Below the pieces are notes generated by a model, which was not told the DNA's origin, made no database searches, and saw nothing but the letters and a program-made list of their open reading frames with translations. Below are positions 39,337 to 51,439 of a stretch of DNA of 64,000 nucleotides, piece after piece. Positions within the stretch are counted from its first letter, which is position 1, and each line of letters starts with the position of its first letter. Source of the stretch: Methanobacteriota archaeon (GTDB lineage Archaea; Halobacteriota; Bog-38; Methanoflorentales; Methanoflorentaceae); the NCBI GenBank assembly GCA_963719035.1, contig CAVRAO010000012.1, forward strand, positions 64,001 to 128,000. Reading direction: 5' to 3'. The translations under genes and the position numbers were made by a program.

Positions 39337-42244
39337 ATGAGTAAGGAAGAAGAAGCATCCAGGGGATAATCTGGTCATTATGGCCGGTTATCAGGCTATA
39401 GAGCCAGCCGAGAAGGACTTCGACCAGCTCACACAACTGGTAAAGGACAAGAAAGTGAAGTGCGAGGGCTTGATCCTTGTCGAGCGCGACAAGGAAGGTC
39501 AGTCGAAGATCGCTGCGACCGTTGACAGTCAAGGCCGCCAGGGGACGGGCTGGACCGGTGGCGTCGGCCTTATGGTGGGCCTCGTCTCGCCGCCGCTGCT
39601 GTCCTCGGTCGGTAGGAGCGCTGCAACTGGTGGCCTGATCGGTAAATTCGCCGAGCGCAAGGTGGAGAGCGGCATCGAGAGTGGGCTCGGCGACAAGCTT
39701 AAGCCGGGCACGGCAGCTATCATCGCCATCATCGACAGCAAGGACCGGCTCGCAGCCGAGCAGGCGCTCGCAGACTCGCCGGCCAAGTCGGTTGCGCAGA
39801 TGGACCAAAAGGGCCTTAAGGGCCTTAAGGAGAGCCTGGCAGAAGCGGCCGGCAAGTTCACCCCCGACCGCACCGTGCTGCCGATCTCAGACCGCGGCTT
39901 CGGTGGGACAATCGGGCACACCTTAGACAAGTCAGTTCCGGATTGGCTCATCGTCCCTGGGCCCGAGGCGCCGGACGACGCCCCCAACGTCTTGGTCGTC
40001 CTGATCGACGATGCCGGGTTCGGCAACCCTGACACGTTGGGCGGACCGATCCGCACCCCCAATCTCACACGGGTGCAGGACATGGGCCTCACTTCAATCG
40101 CTTCCACGTGACGGCGGTGTGCTCCCCTACCCGTGCTGCATTGCTCACCGGTCGCAACCAACACCGCGTGGGCTTCGGTTCGGTAGCTGAGTTTCCGGGC
40201 CCCTTCCCAGGCTACTCAGCGGCTAGGCCGAGAAGCTGCACGCCCTTCCCTCGTCTTCCAGGAGAACGGTTACGTGACGGGTGGGTTCGGCAAGTGGCAC
40301 CTCACCCCGGACTACGTTCAGGGAGCCGCGGGCCCGTTCGACCACTGGCCCCAGTCGTGGGGCTTCGACCACTGGTGGGGGTTCTTGAGCGGGGCGGCCG
40401 GCCAGTACAACCCCATCATCACGCAGGACAACGCTGTATTAGGCGTCCCGGAGGGAAAGGGCGGCACACAGTACTACTTCCCAGACGACCTGACCGATAA
40501 GGCTGTAGAGTGGTTACATGCGGTGCGTGCCCAGGACGCAACCAAACCGTGGATGATGTACTACTCCACCGGCTGCAGCCATGCACCCCATCACGTGGCG
40601 AAAAAGTGGGCCAATAAGTACAAAGGGTGTATTCAACCAAGGCTGGGACAAACTCCGCGAGGAAACGCTCGCGCGGCAGAAGACGCTAGGGTAGCCCCCA
40701 GACGCCGAACTGACCGAGCGGCCCGACCTCTTTCCGGCGTGGGACTCGCTAAATGACGCGGAGAAGAAACTCTATATACGACAGATGGAGGTCTACGCAG
40801 GCTTCTCAGAGAATGCCGACTGGAATGTTGGCCGACTGCTCAACGCCATCGAGGAGATGGACGAGCTCGACAACACGCTCATCTTTTACATCTGGGGCGA
40901 CAACGGCGCCGGCATGGAGGGAACGCTTACCGGGTCGTTCAACGAGATGACCTTCCTCAACGGCGTCGTTCTCGACGCCGAGCAGCAGCTGAAACTCATC
41001 GATGAGTACGGCGGCATTGAAAACATCGGAGGAATTGATACCGCACCGCGTTACGCTACGGCGTGGGCTCACGCCGGTAACACACTTCCAGTGGGGGAAG
41101 CAGATGGCCAGCCATCTCGGGGGAACACGCGATCCGATGATCGTCGCGTGGCCGAACCGGATCGAGCAACGAGGCTTGCGCACGCAATTCACGCACTGCA
41201 TCGATGTTGGTCCGACTGTCCTTGAAGCGGTAGGAATCCCCACACCCAAAAACGGTCGACGGCATCGGGCAGGAGGCCTATGGACGGCACGAGTTCTATA
41301 CCTTCGACGACGCCAACGCCGACGAGCGGCACACCGTACAGGTCCTTCGAGATGTTTGGCAGCCGGGCGATCTACAAAGACGGGTGGTGGGCATGCACGA
41401 GACTCGGACAAGGCCCCATGGGACTTATCGCCTGCAACGATGAGCCGATTCGCACCTGGGACTTATGACCCCGAGAACGACCTGTCGGAGTCTACTACCT
41501 ACCCGAAGACTTTTCGCAAGCCCGGGAAAAGCTCCCCGCCGCTCAAACCCTGAGAAGCTGGAAAACCGCAGACTTGGGTGGGAAGAGGCCGAGCGCAACA
41601 GGGCTCTGCCCGCTACTTCGGCGGCTTGTCCGTCTTTTTCGGGATACTGCCACCGATGCCTACGATAACCCGGTTTTGAGTTCGCCGGTGACGTCCAGAA
41701 CGTGCAGCACGGTTTGATTCCGCGCATCTCCGGACGCTCGTATGCCATCGAAGCCCGGTTTTCAACGTACTTGACGGAGGTGCCGAAGGCGTGATTCTCG
41801 CTAATGCCGACTTCATCGGCGGGTTTAGTACTGGGTCGACGACAAAGGGATGCTCAATCACACCTACTCGTTCCTGGGCGTAGAGACTTACAAGCAGACC
41901 GCTACCGAGAGGCTCCCCGACGGGCGACATCACCGTCCGCATGCAGTTTAATGCCGACGAGAACAAGCCAGGCACCGGCGGGCAGGTCGCGCTGTTCGCG
42001 AACGGCAAGAAGAGATCGGCGAGGGCAAGATCCCGCGGACGGTGCCCATATTCTTCTCGAGTTATGCCGGGCATGGACGTAGGCCGCGACAACGGTCTGG
42101 TTGTTGACCGGGCGTACAGAGAGCTCGTCCTTTACCGGCACGGTCAAAAAAGTAGTATTCGACCTCAAGCCCGCAGCCTACGAGGATGAGAAAGATCATG
42201 AAACCGTGCGGCATCCCAGCATCGCTCACGGAGCCTCAGGATGA
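39337..42244 (+). CDS. Arylsulfatase (FGly type) fused to an N-terminal DUF1269-like domain; many frameshifts
   Basis: PNVLVVLIDDAG, CSPTRAALLTGR, GKWHL, WGDNGA; fusion junction lies inside continuous ORF 39380-40111. Confidence 0.85.
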
Positions 42245-42264
42245 ATTTAAGTTAGACCTAGAAG

Positions 42265-42400
<136 letters not shown>

Positions 42401-42509
42401 CGCAACATACTCTTAGAGCGGAACTCATTTACGCGGGTGTGGAAAATAGTCGTTGGAACAAGCGTTGCTGTGCACCGGCGGGCAACTCGGTGAGCAGCAT
42501 GGACAAGGT

Positions 42510-43775
42510 ATGCATTCTACGAACTCGCCGCCAGCCTTTCACATTCTCGCGAAACCCACTGGCGCCATCTGCAATCTGAACTGTTCGTATTGCTTTTTCT
42601 TGGCGAAAGAGCACCTCTATCCGGACAGCCGGTTTCGTATGACTCACGAGGTCCCGAATCGTATCTGGATCAGTACCTCTCCGCGCAGCGAATCCCGTAC
42701 GGACGGGTGCATGGCAAGGCGGTGAGCCGACCCTTATGGGGCGCGATTTCTACCGTCGTTCTATCCGTGTGAGCAGAAATACGCACCTTCTGGCATGACC
42801 ATTGAACGCACCTTGCAAACGAACGGCACGCTCTTAGATGAGGAATGGTGCACCTTTCTCCGCGAGCATCACTATCTCGTCGGCCTAAGCCTTGACGGGC
42901 CACAGGAACTACACGATGCCTATCGCGTAGACAAGGCGGACACCCGACGTTTGACCGGGTGCTGCACGCTGCACGTCTGTTGGAAGAACATAAGGTTGAG
43001 TTTAACATTCTGTGCGCAGTTAGTGCTGCCAATGTAACGCATCCCATCGAAGTATACCGGTTCTTCCGCGACGACGTGGGGGCACCGTTCATTCAATTTA
43101 TACCCATCGTCGAGCGGAATAACGAAACGGGCTTCCAAGAAGGGAACACGGTAACGGATCGCTCCGTGACCGCAGAACAATGGGGTCGTTTCCTTATCGC
43201 CATCTTTGATGAATGGGTCACCCGCGACGTCGGTCGCGTGTTCGTGCAGCATTTCGACGCAGCGTTAGGGCGTGGGCAGGGGAGCCGCCTGCCGTCTGCA
43301 TCTTTTCTCCGACCTGCGGCACGGCACTCGCGCTCGAACACAACGGCGACCTCTACTCATGCGATCACTTCGTTGAGCCAAAATACCTGCTGGGCAACAT
43401 CTTGGACACGCCGCTTATCGAACTGGTGTCCTCAGACGCGCAACGTCAGTTCGGACTGAACAAGCGCGACACGCTTCCGCGGTACTGTCAGGAGTGTCCG
43501 GTCCACTTTGCGTGCCACGGGGAATGTCCCAAAAACCGTTTTATAGAGACACCAACGGGTGAATCTGGGCTCAACTACCTCTGCGCGGGCTATCGGGCGT
43601 TTTTACGCGCATGGATCAGCCAATGCGACAGATGACGGCGCTCTGCGGCAGGGGCGTGCACCGGCCGAGGTGATGAGCACCTCCGGCCGCCTGCACCCAC
43701 AGACAAAAGGCAGGCCGCAACGATCCGTGCCCGTGTGGCAGCGGATTGAAGTACCAAATGTCACGGGGAGCGTAA
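42510..43775 (+). CDS. Anaerobic sulfatase maturase (radical SAM/SPASM, C-terminal SEC-C); frameshifted
   Basis: [55 protein letters not shown]. Confidence 0.9.
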
Positions 43776-43867
43776 AAGGGGTTTCAAAAGGAAACGGAAT
43801 CTAGCACACTTCAGTGTTGAAGGTGAACGAATTGCTAACGACTTTCAACGTGCGGATAAATATTGTG

Positions 43868-44155
43868 CTAGTATGATAATCTCCCGCGCTCGGCGTTACC
43901 GACTTCGACGAGGATGCTGGCCGAGGCCTGGCCGCGCGTCGCCCAAGGATTGCCGCTGCCGAGCACCGTCACTCCGCATCTCGCCGTCCTCGAGCTTCTC
44001 TTCACCAGGGATAAACATCTCGGCGTATTCCGTCGCGGCACGCCGACGACCGGAGTCGTGGTGATCGCCTTCGTCCCACCCGCAAACACCGGCATAGGCA
44101 GGGACGTGGACTCGGGATCGATCGACTTCGAATCTCTACTACCTGTGTTTTCCAT
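43868..44155 (-). pseudogene. N-terminal remnant of an MBL-fold RNase Z/AtsA-like hydrolase
   Basis: FIPGEEKLEDGEM/VTVLGSGNPW..RGQASASILVEVGN. Confidence 0.55.
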
Positions 44156-44565
44156 GAGTAATCGCCTTGTCACGTTATTGTTTAGATTATCGGACTGATG
44201 AAACACGCGTGCCTGCATTAAAGCTTTCCCTGTTTAACTTTATTCGATTTTACGGCGAAAATCACGCCGTGATTGCCAAATTCAAAGAGTCCTTTTCGGA
44301 CCTTCGCTCGAGCGGCAATCCACTTCGTCGCCAAGCGACTACTAATGGCTGACGCTCGCCCAAGCAGAGCGAATCCTTATAGTTAATTGTTCAGTGCCGC
44401 TCACCACCACGAATAACGAACGGCGTGAAAGCCCAACGGCTCTAGCACGGCACGGCGGATAGAGTCCACCTCGTTTGCGCAGCGACGTGATTTGACGCCT
44501 CGCAACCGCTGCGGATTGCGTTAGCAGGGCGCAGCGATGATAAACGATATCTACCAGTCACTATA

Positions 44566-46282
44566 ATGACGTTAGACAATAGGCCAAGCAAAGGAAAATG
44601 GAGCCGAAAATAAGGTCAGAAGTCTGCTCCCAATTCTGAAGTGGCTGCCGAACTATGACTGGAAAGACATTCGCTTCGACGTGATTGCTGGCATCGCCGT
44701 CGCAGGCCTGGTAATCCCCGAATCGATGGGCATCGCCGGTGTGGCAGGAGTCGAGCCGCAGCACGGCCTTTACGCAGCTCTTATAGCACTTTTTCTGTAC
44801 GCCATCTTTGGTTCCGGACGTCGCTCGGCAGTTAATGCCGTTAGCGCTATGGCTCTTCTCACCGCCACGGCCATCGCCACCATGGCCCTCACCAGATACG
44901 AGGATGTGCTCGCGGCGGTCGTGACTATCACGTTCCTTACTGGCATCATCCTGCTCATCATGGCGGTTTTGCGCATCGGATGGTTGGCTAATTTCATCTC
45001 CTATCCGGTTGTGAAGGGGTTCTTGTTCGGCCTGTCATTGACGATCATCATCGGCCAGGTGCCTAAGCTTCTTGGCGTGGCAAAAGGGGAAGGAAACTTC
45101 TTCGCGCAACTGTGGGATATTATCGGAGCGCTCAGGCCAGGCGAGCCTGGTGACCCTGGGCCTGTCCGTAATCGCGGTGATCATCCTCTACGTGCTTCAA
45201 GAGCGTTTCAAGAGTGTCCCAGGCGTGCTGCTACTCTTTGTCATAGGTCTTGGGGCCTCTTATATTTTGAATTGGGAGTCTATTGGGGTTGCGTTGGTGG
45301 GAAGCATCCCTGCCAGGGTCCCTTCGTTTTCAGTCCCGGGCTTGAATCCCGATCTGATATTCATTGCCATACCCGCCGCTATCGGCATCACCTTCGTATC
45401 TTTTCGCAATCAGTGGTCGTCGGGGATGAGGTGTCAGAGAGGCACAACGAAGAGGTGGATTACAACCAAGAGTTGGTAGCAATGGCAGCAGCCAACATCG
45501 GCGCGAGCTTCACCCAAGGAATAGGAACGGGGGTGGGCCATATCCACCCTCTAACGTGGGCGACAACAGTGGCTCCAAGTCCCAAATGACTCTGATCGTG
45601 GCCGGACTAGCGGTGGCGGTCTCTTTGCTCTTCCTGACAGGGGTGTTCTACTATCTCCCTGAGTTCATTCTGGGTGTCATCGTCATCTTCGCCGTGAAGG
45701 GGGCGTTGAAGGTGCGCCTGATGGCCAGCTATTATAGGACGCTGCGCAGTGACTTCTATGCGGCCATGCTAGCGCTGTTTGGGGTGCTGTTTTTCCAGGT
45801 GCTGGTGGGCCTGTTGTTTGCAGTCATCATCTCCATAGGGGTGATCATCTGGCGGATTAGCTCGGAAAGCGGCTCCTTACTGGGACAGATGCCTGACGGC
45901 CGGTTGCACGGCTCTCAGCCTGCACCCGGAGGCTAAGGAGATAGAAGGAGTGAAAATCATTCAGTTGAACGTAGCCATTTTCTATGCCAACGCGCCCGTA
46001 ATCAAGACACGCTTGCTAAATCTGATCAGAGAGGATCCCCGGCCGAAGCTGTTAATCATAGATATGGGAGCCCACAACTTCATGTTCGGAATCAGTGTGA
46101 CTCGTGCCCTTGAGAAGGTGGTCAGGGAGGCGCAGGAGAGGGGTGTGACGGTGACGTTCGTTGACGTGAATAAATTGACAATGGGTGATATGGAAAAGCA
46201 GGGATTGGTTGAATTGATTGGCAGGGATCGTTTTAAGGACACAATCCAAGAGGCTCTGCTCGACATAGGAGGGAAGTCTTAA
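44566..46282 (+). CDS. SulP/SLC26 transporter 2 with STAS domain; frameshifted
   Basis: LPILKWLPNY..DVIAG, IPESMG, ISYPVVKGF, NQELVA, IFYANA. Confidence 0.88.
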
Positions 46283-46554
46283 GCTGAGGCCGCTGACTGC
46301 TCCGCGAATTGACTTTAAATCTCTGTCTTATCACGTCTATGGTACAGCTGACATATTAGGGGAGAAGGGGGAGAGAATTATTTCGAAAACCAGCAAGTGT
46401 AAGTCTTTTGTTACAGCGTGCACGCAGCCACAGGATAGTGTTTGAAACAGAGGGCCTTTTTATACAATTTCAAGCGATGTGACAACTATGTTATATCACA
46501 GGCGACCGGGCTTGGAAGCTCAATTAATCGATAAAAGAACACTAAGCTAGTATT

Positions 46555-47890
46555 ATGAGTAACGGGAACACACAGCAAGGCCCTACGGGTCAGCAGCAAC
46601 TGCAAACGTATGCAAAAAAGAGGGCGGAAGTTGATCTATCCTGACGTTGTCATCCTTCTCGTTGGCGGCGTATTCTTCCTCCTTTCCGGGCTGCTTCTGT
46701 TTCCAATCAGCCGGTGCGCTCCCCTATAGCAAGGACGGCAGTGTACAGGGCTTTTCGTGGTGCTTATCTCCATGCAAATCATCACGATGGGCAAGACCCA
46801 GTTTTGGCGATCTCCTTCGTTCGTGGATCGTGGTGATAATTGGATTAGTCACCGCAGTTCTGGGGACGTTGGCCATTTCCTTTCCCGGATATCTGACAGT
46901 GCTGATTCAAGGACTCGCTGGCTTGATCCTTTTGGCCCTAGGGATCCTGGGTCTGCTGCAATTGTATGCTTCTGAAGAAAAAGCAAGAACGTGGATGAAA
47001 GCTCCGGAATACTGCGGCACCTGACCGTTGCTTGCAGCGTTCTGAATGTTGTTGAGATAATCCTAGGCGCAATCACGCTCAGTCCCCGGTCCCGTGTCCT
47101 ATTCGTTGACGGCTGTGATACTCATAATCTTTGGCATCAGTTTATTCAATCTGGCGACATGGTGTATTCACAAGATTACCAGCTCGTATAGTCCTGAAGA
47201 AACACGTCATATCCTTAAAGAGACAAGTAAGCCTGCGCGTGAATAAATGACCTCAGAAAATCCCCCCTCACAACACAGCTTCATCTTGGCCCGGGAGGTA
47301 TCCCTCCCTGTAGGAAATTCATTCAGCGTCTTCCAAGGGGTTCTCATGATTCTCCTTGGATCCCTGATTCTGCTCAGGGTTCTGGGCGTTTTCCCACCGC
47401 TTAATGCGGATAGCGAGCTTGGTCTGTTGCTGGTATTGACGTCCCTTCAAATGCTGGCCTTGGGGGAGGTCGTGGGAAGCCATTTGACGCGCTCGTGGTT
47501 GTCTGGTCACTTATTGGAATGGTGTTTGCCGCACTGGGAATTTTTTGCATCGTATCGTTCCTCAAAATTAAGCCGACATGATTGAGCCACTCCTCGGAAT
47601 TCAAAACCTCATCACGGGAATAGTGCTTTTAACAACACAGATCATTGCTCCAACACTTTACGGAATAGAAAACCTCCGCCCAAAAGATCAAGCTTTCCCC
47701 TATTATCAAAAAAATGTACGTTGTTATAACAATAACAAGCATCGTCATAATTCTGTTTGGGATCAACACGCTCGCCACTCCTCCTTCCAAGTCTGTTAGG
47801 GAACTTTGTATATGTGCTAATCCTCCCGGTACTTGTCATAATTATGGGGTTGCTTACATTTTACAGGGGTCTCTTCTCAGAAGTTAGTGC
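46555..47890 (+). CDS. Internally duplicated multi-TM membrane protein (one or two genes), fragmented
   Basis: Two similar halves: GL..VL.S.Q...G...RSW...IG...A.LG. Confidence 0.5.
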
Positions 47891-48002
47891 GAGGGCTCCA
47901 AAAAAAGGAAACCGACACTGCAGCCAACCTGGCAGCGTAAAACCTCACCGTATGTGGAATTTACAGACGAACATATAAGGTTGAGAAGACTATTTTGCGC
48001 TT

Positions 48003-48404
48003 ATGAAAAAGAAGATCAAAGGCATCGCTCGCGATGCATTGAAATTTATTTTAGAAGTGAGTTCATCCTTCTCACCCTAAAAAGATTCATGGGGATGCTA
48101 TCTGAGACTAATCAGATTCATAACCGATGTAGATGTTCCTGTCGCGGAGTCTTCACACGTGAATGAGGTCATGGATTTGTTCACGTTGCCCGTTGATACA
48201 CATATTGTGGGATCGGTCCGCAGCCATCCAGCTGGGGGGCTCGAACCGTCGGAAACAGATATTCGCATGTTTATGCAAAATGGCGGCGATTATCATATCA
48301 TCGTTTGTTATCCTTATGAAATCACGAGCTGGGCTTGTTATGACAGAATCGGCAATCTGAGACAACTCGATGTGCTTGACGTTAAATGTGAAGAAAGCCG
48401 GTAG
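48003..48404 (+). pseudogene. JAMM/MPN (Mov34) domain protein, frameshifted and degenerate
   Basis: IKGIARDALKFILE...FMGML; VGSVRSHP...PS..D (first His replaced by Arg). Confidence 0.65.
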
Positions 48405-48608
48405 CTAGAGACATAGAAGAGTTTTTGGGTGACGACAATAGTTAGGGTGTGAGTTTTTCTATGTTGCTGGAAAGCTTCAATCGACAGCTATCTTAATATT
48501 CGTTGTTGGTTGAATAATCGGCCTCATCCGGTTCTTCATTTATTGTTATTCTTAGAGCTCTCAACAGAGCGCAACGCCGCATATTCCACAGCAGCGCGAA
48601 GGCTGCAG

Positions 48609-50972
48609 CTAATCCCTCATAATCCACCCCATAACTTCTTTCTCGTGGTCCACGAATGGCTCACCGGCAACGTCCACCACTACTCTGTCAATGGTTCCGC
48701 CGGTGAAAGTGAAAGGCGGCGCATAGTCTGGCGAGACCGGAGACGCACTGTCGCGACCAACGCACAGCCCTTCGCCCACGAGGCTAAAGTAGCCCGGTTG
48801 CGTCTTAATCTCGGACTGCCCCACTTGCTCGGTATCAACAAAGAGGGTGAGCGTGCCGAGGGTGCTCCTGGTCTGCGGGTCTTGGGCCGTCCTGCCGAAT
48901 TCAGCAGTGAAGACGTGCCGTCCAGTGCCAATCTCAACGTTTGAGGTGATCTTTTGAATGTCTTCCCCGAGCCAATTGTAGACATAGTGGAGCCTCTTGT
49001 CCTTGATGTATAAGGTGTGGCCACCCATGAGGTGACCTTGGGCGAAGAGCACACCAGCCGCCTCAATAGTATCAACTACAACGGCTGCGGCTATCGTGTA
49101 TGAACGTCCACGGATGTTAACTGCGACGCTCTCAGAGACGTCCGCGGTGTTGGGATAGTAGATATAGCGGTCTCGTGGCTTTGCTGGTTGTGGGCGCTCT
49201 GTCATCATAATTTCAAGCGGCGTCCGATCATCAAGTGGCAGTGCGTTGTAGACGCCGGCGAAGTAGTTCCATAGACCCTTGAGGAGTTCCAGTTTATCGG
49301 GATATTGGCTAGAGATATTGTTCATTTGCGCCCGATCCTCCTGAAGGTTGTACAGCTCCCATACGTCGAGGGCGAAATTTCCCCATCCTGAGATAGGGGG
49401 GTGCACCGTGTTCGCCAGCCACCCCTGATGGTAGATGGCGCGCTGGCCGAGCATAGAATAGAACTGGGTCTCCTTTTCCGGCGCACTCGGATCGTCACTG
49501 GTGTGCTTGAAGCTTTCGCCCTCAATGGGGCTCTGCGTGTATCCGTTGAGCACTGCGGGCGGTTCTATACCAAGCAGGTCGTAGATGGTAGGCACAACGT
49601 CGATAGCGTGAATGTACTGGTGTCGCACTTCACTTCGTGCCGGAACTCCTTGTGGCCACGCGACGAGGCACATGTCTGCAGTCCCCCCTTCGTAGCCTGC
49701 AAAGCGCTTCCAGTAAGGGAAAGGCGTATCGAAGGCCCACGCCCAGCCTGTATTGTAGTGGTTGTAGGTCGATGGGCTTCCCAGTTCTTCAATATGCTTT
49801 ATGTTCTCTTCTATCGTGTCAGGAACATTGTTAAAGAATTTAACTTCATTAACGGAACCGTTCGGACCGCCCTCCCCGCTCGCGCCGTTGTCGGAGGCGA
49901 CGACGACGATCGTGTTGTCAAGCTGACCCGACTCCTCGAGGTAATCGAGCAGGCGACCAATATGGTGATCGGTATACGATATAAACCCTGCATACACCTC
50001 AGCCATGCGAATAAACATCCTCTTCTCATCGTCGGACAGCGAATCCCATGGGCGAACCCAATCAAGCATGGGCCACGGCTTACCATCCGGACTAGAGTAG
50101 TGAGGCTCTCCGTGCGGGTTGATCGGCGAGAGGCTCGTGTTCTCTGGCAATATCCCCATCTTCTTTTGGTTGGCAAGGATCGCCTCACGCATCGCCTGGT
50201 AGCCCATGTCAAATTTGCCCTTGTACTTGTCAGCCCACTCCTTGAAGACGTGGTGCGGTGCGTGCGCACAGCCGGGGCAGAAATACATGAAGAACGGCTT
50301 GTCCGGCGCGACCACCTTGGCGTCTCTGATGAACTCTATGGCTTTGTCGACGAGATCCTTAGAAAGGTGATATCCGTCCTCAGGTGCGTACGGCTGGTCG
50401 ATGGGGTGGTTATCGTAGATGAGATCAGGGTACCACTGGTTCGTCTCCCCGCCCATAAACCCGTAGAAGCGTTCAAACCCGCGCCCGAGCGGCCAGCGAT
50501 GCTTCCATGCAGAGGCATCTTCCTCCTCTGCGGGGGTCAAATGCCATTTCCCCACGGCGTAGGTATTCCACCCTCGCTCGTTTAGGACTTCAGCGATCGT
50601 CCCATTCTCGAAGGGTATGCGCCCGCTGCTCCCCGGAAATCCATTCGTCCCTTCGGTAATACACGCCATGTTGTTGCTGGTCGCGTTTCGTCCTGTCATT
50701 AGGCATGAGCGCGTCGGTGAGCACAGCGCGGTGGTGTGGAAATTTGAATAGCGCAGTCCCATCTCTGCGATGCGACGCATCGTGGGCGTCTCGATGGGCC
50801 CGCCAAAGACGTCCATCGCCGAGTATCCAACATCATCCCAGATGATGAAGAGGACGTTCGGTGCGTTCTCCGGTGCGGTGGGCTGCACGAACGGCGTCCA
50901 GTCAGGAGTCGCCTCGCGGATATCGACGGCCAATTTGCCCTTCCACGGTTCAGGCATCGTGTGCCACCTCAA
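48609..50972 (-). CDS. Arylsulfatase (FGly type, cytoplasmic)
   Basis: PNVLFIIWDD, CSPTR, GKWH, AHAPHH, SDNGAS; intact ORF. Confidence 0.95.
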   Translation of the reverse strand: MRWHTMPEPWKGKLAVDIREATPDWTPFVQPTAPENAPNVLFIIWDDVGYSAMDVFGGPIETPTMRRIAEMGLRYSNFHTTALCSPTRSCLMTGRNATSNNMACITEGTNGFPGSSGRIPFENGTIAEVLNERGWNTYAVGKWHLTPAEEEDASAWKHRWPLGRGFERFYGFMGGETNQWYPDLIYDNHPIDQPYAPEDGYHLSKDLVDKAIEFIRDAKVVAPDKPFFMYFCPGCAHAPHHVFKEWADKYKGKFDMGYQAMREAILANQKKMGILPENTSLSPINPHGEPHYSSPDGKPWPMLDWVRPWDSLSDDEKRMFIRMAEVYAGFISYTDHHIGRLLDYLEESGQLDNTIVVVASDNGASGEGGPNGSVNEVKFFNNVPDTIEENIKHIEELGSPSTYNHYNTGWAWAFDTPFPYWKRFAGYEGGTADMCLVAWPQGVPARSEVRHQYIHAIDVVPTIYDLLGIEPPAVLNGYTQSPIEGESFKHTSDDPSAPEKETQFYSMLGQRAIYHQGWLANTVHPPISGWGNFALDVWELYNLQEDRAQMNNISSQYPDKLELLKGLWNYFAGVYNALPLDDRTPLEIMMTERPQPAKPRDRYIYYPNTADVSESVAVNIRGRSYTIAAAVVVDTIEAAGVLFAQGHLMGGHTLYIKDKRLHYVYNWLGEDIQKITSNVEIGTGRHVFTAEFGRTAQDPQTRSTLGTLTLFVDTEQVGQSEIKTQPGYFSLVGEGLCVGRDSASPVSPDYAPPFTFTGGTIDRVVVDVAGEPFVDHEKEVMGWIMRD

Positions 50973-51439
50973 GTGAAAATGGGGCTGCTTTTAACAGTGC
51001 AGTTGTTTTGGGTGCATTTGTATTCATTTTCAATCCCTCCAGATGAGAGGTATAACGGCTGCGGTAATGATAGCCCACGAATGTTATAAGAGTTTTGTAA
51101 CAAATGATTCTTTGCTGAAGCCCATAGGACTTGCCGGAAAGCGTTTTCGACGTCAATCGTTATGAGTCGCCACCAAAATCAGATTAAGCTTTTCAAATAG
51201 CATTTCGGCAATCACTTTTGGCGTGTTAGGCTTTAAATCGCTTACTTAAGTGGTGAGGCCTATCAAATCATGCCCAACAGCGGAATTATCCATTTCTTCC
51301 GACAACATAATATAGGACGGGTTTTTGACAGCGTGAAATCGGAAGAAATAAAGTAAAGACAAACAATGAGGCTGCAAAATTGCTATAAACACTCAAGGAC
51401 TCACAACTTGATAAACAACTCTTTTAGAGAAATGAGAGT

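Noticed and set aside
49401-50585. 394-aa overlapping ORF
   Set aside because: Antisense shadow of the arylsulfatase; no motifs
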